Assembly (NCBI GenBank): GCA_046483985.1
Contig: JAWOCD010000114.1
Span: 1-16,986, forward strand
Direction of reading: 5' to 3'
Length of the DNA stretch: 16,986 nt
Source of the DNA: Promethearchaeia archaeon
Lineage (GTDB): Archaea > Asgardarchaeota > Lokiarchaeia > Sigyniarchaeales > SOKP01
The translations under genes were made by a program, and so were the position numbers. Below are positions 16,975 to 16,986 of this stretch, piece by piece (within the stretch, counting starts at the first letter, position 1; each line of letters opens with the position of its first letter). The notes beneath the pieces were generated by a model, which ran no database searches, was not told the DNA's origin, and saw nothing but the letters and a program-made list of their open reading frames with translations.

Positions 16975-16986
16975 TTTCGATCAAAG

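Overview
Bases 1 to about 15843 are AT-rich archaeal housekeeping DNA that looks like an Asgard archaeon, most likely Lokiarchaeia. The best evidence is a eukaryote-type ribosomal protein eL22 among archaeal-type pheS/pheT, TFS and a DHH/RecJ-like gene. Gene order: partial secreted protein (-), LysR regulator, DHH phosphoesterase, DUF167, then a minus-strand run pheS-pheT-rpl22e-citG-tfs, form III RubisCO convergent with ribose-1,5-bisphosphate isomerase, a small Zn-ribbon protein, uvrC, an isolated lysW missed by the ORF track, and a large acidic beta-sandwich protein. By eye, the N-terminal half of that last protein aligns with the mu-homology domain (MHD) of eukaryotic adaptin mu/delta-COP subunits, which is the most interesting lead. 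At about 15844 the sequence switches abruptly to high-GC, bacterial-like DNA encoding a 5'-truncated glutaryl-CoA-type acyl-CoA dehydrogenase. Both flanking genes are cut there, so this is most likely an assembly or library chimera. TFS appears to need a non-canonical ATA start. All homology calls come from motif recognition and memory; no database searches were run.
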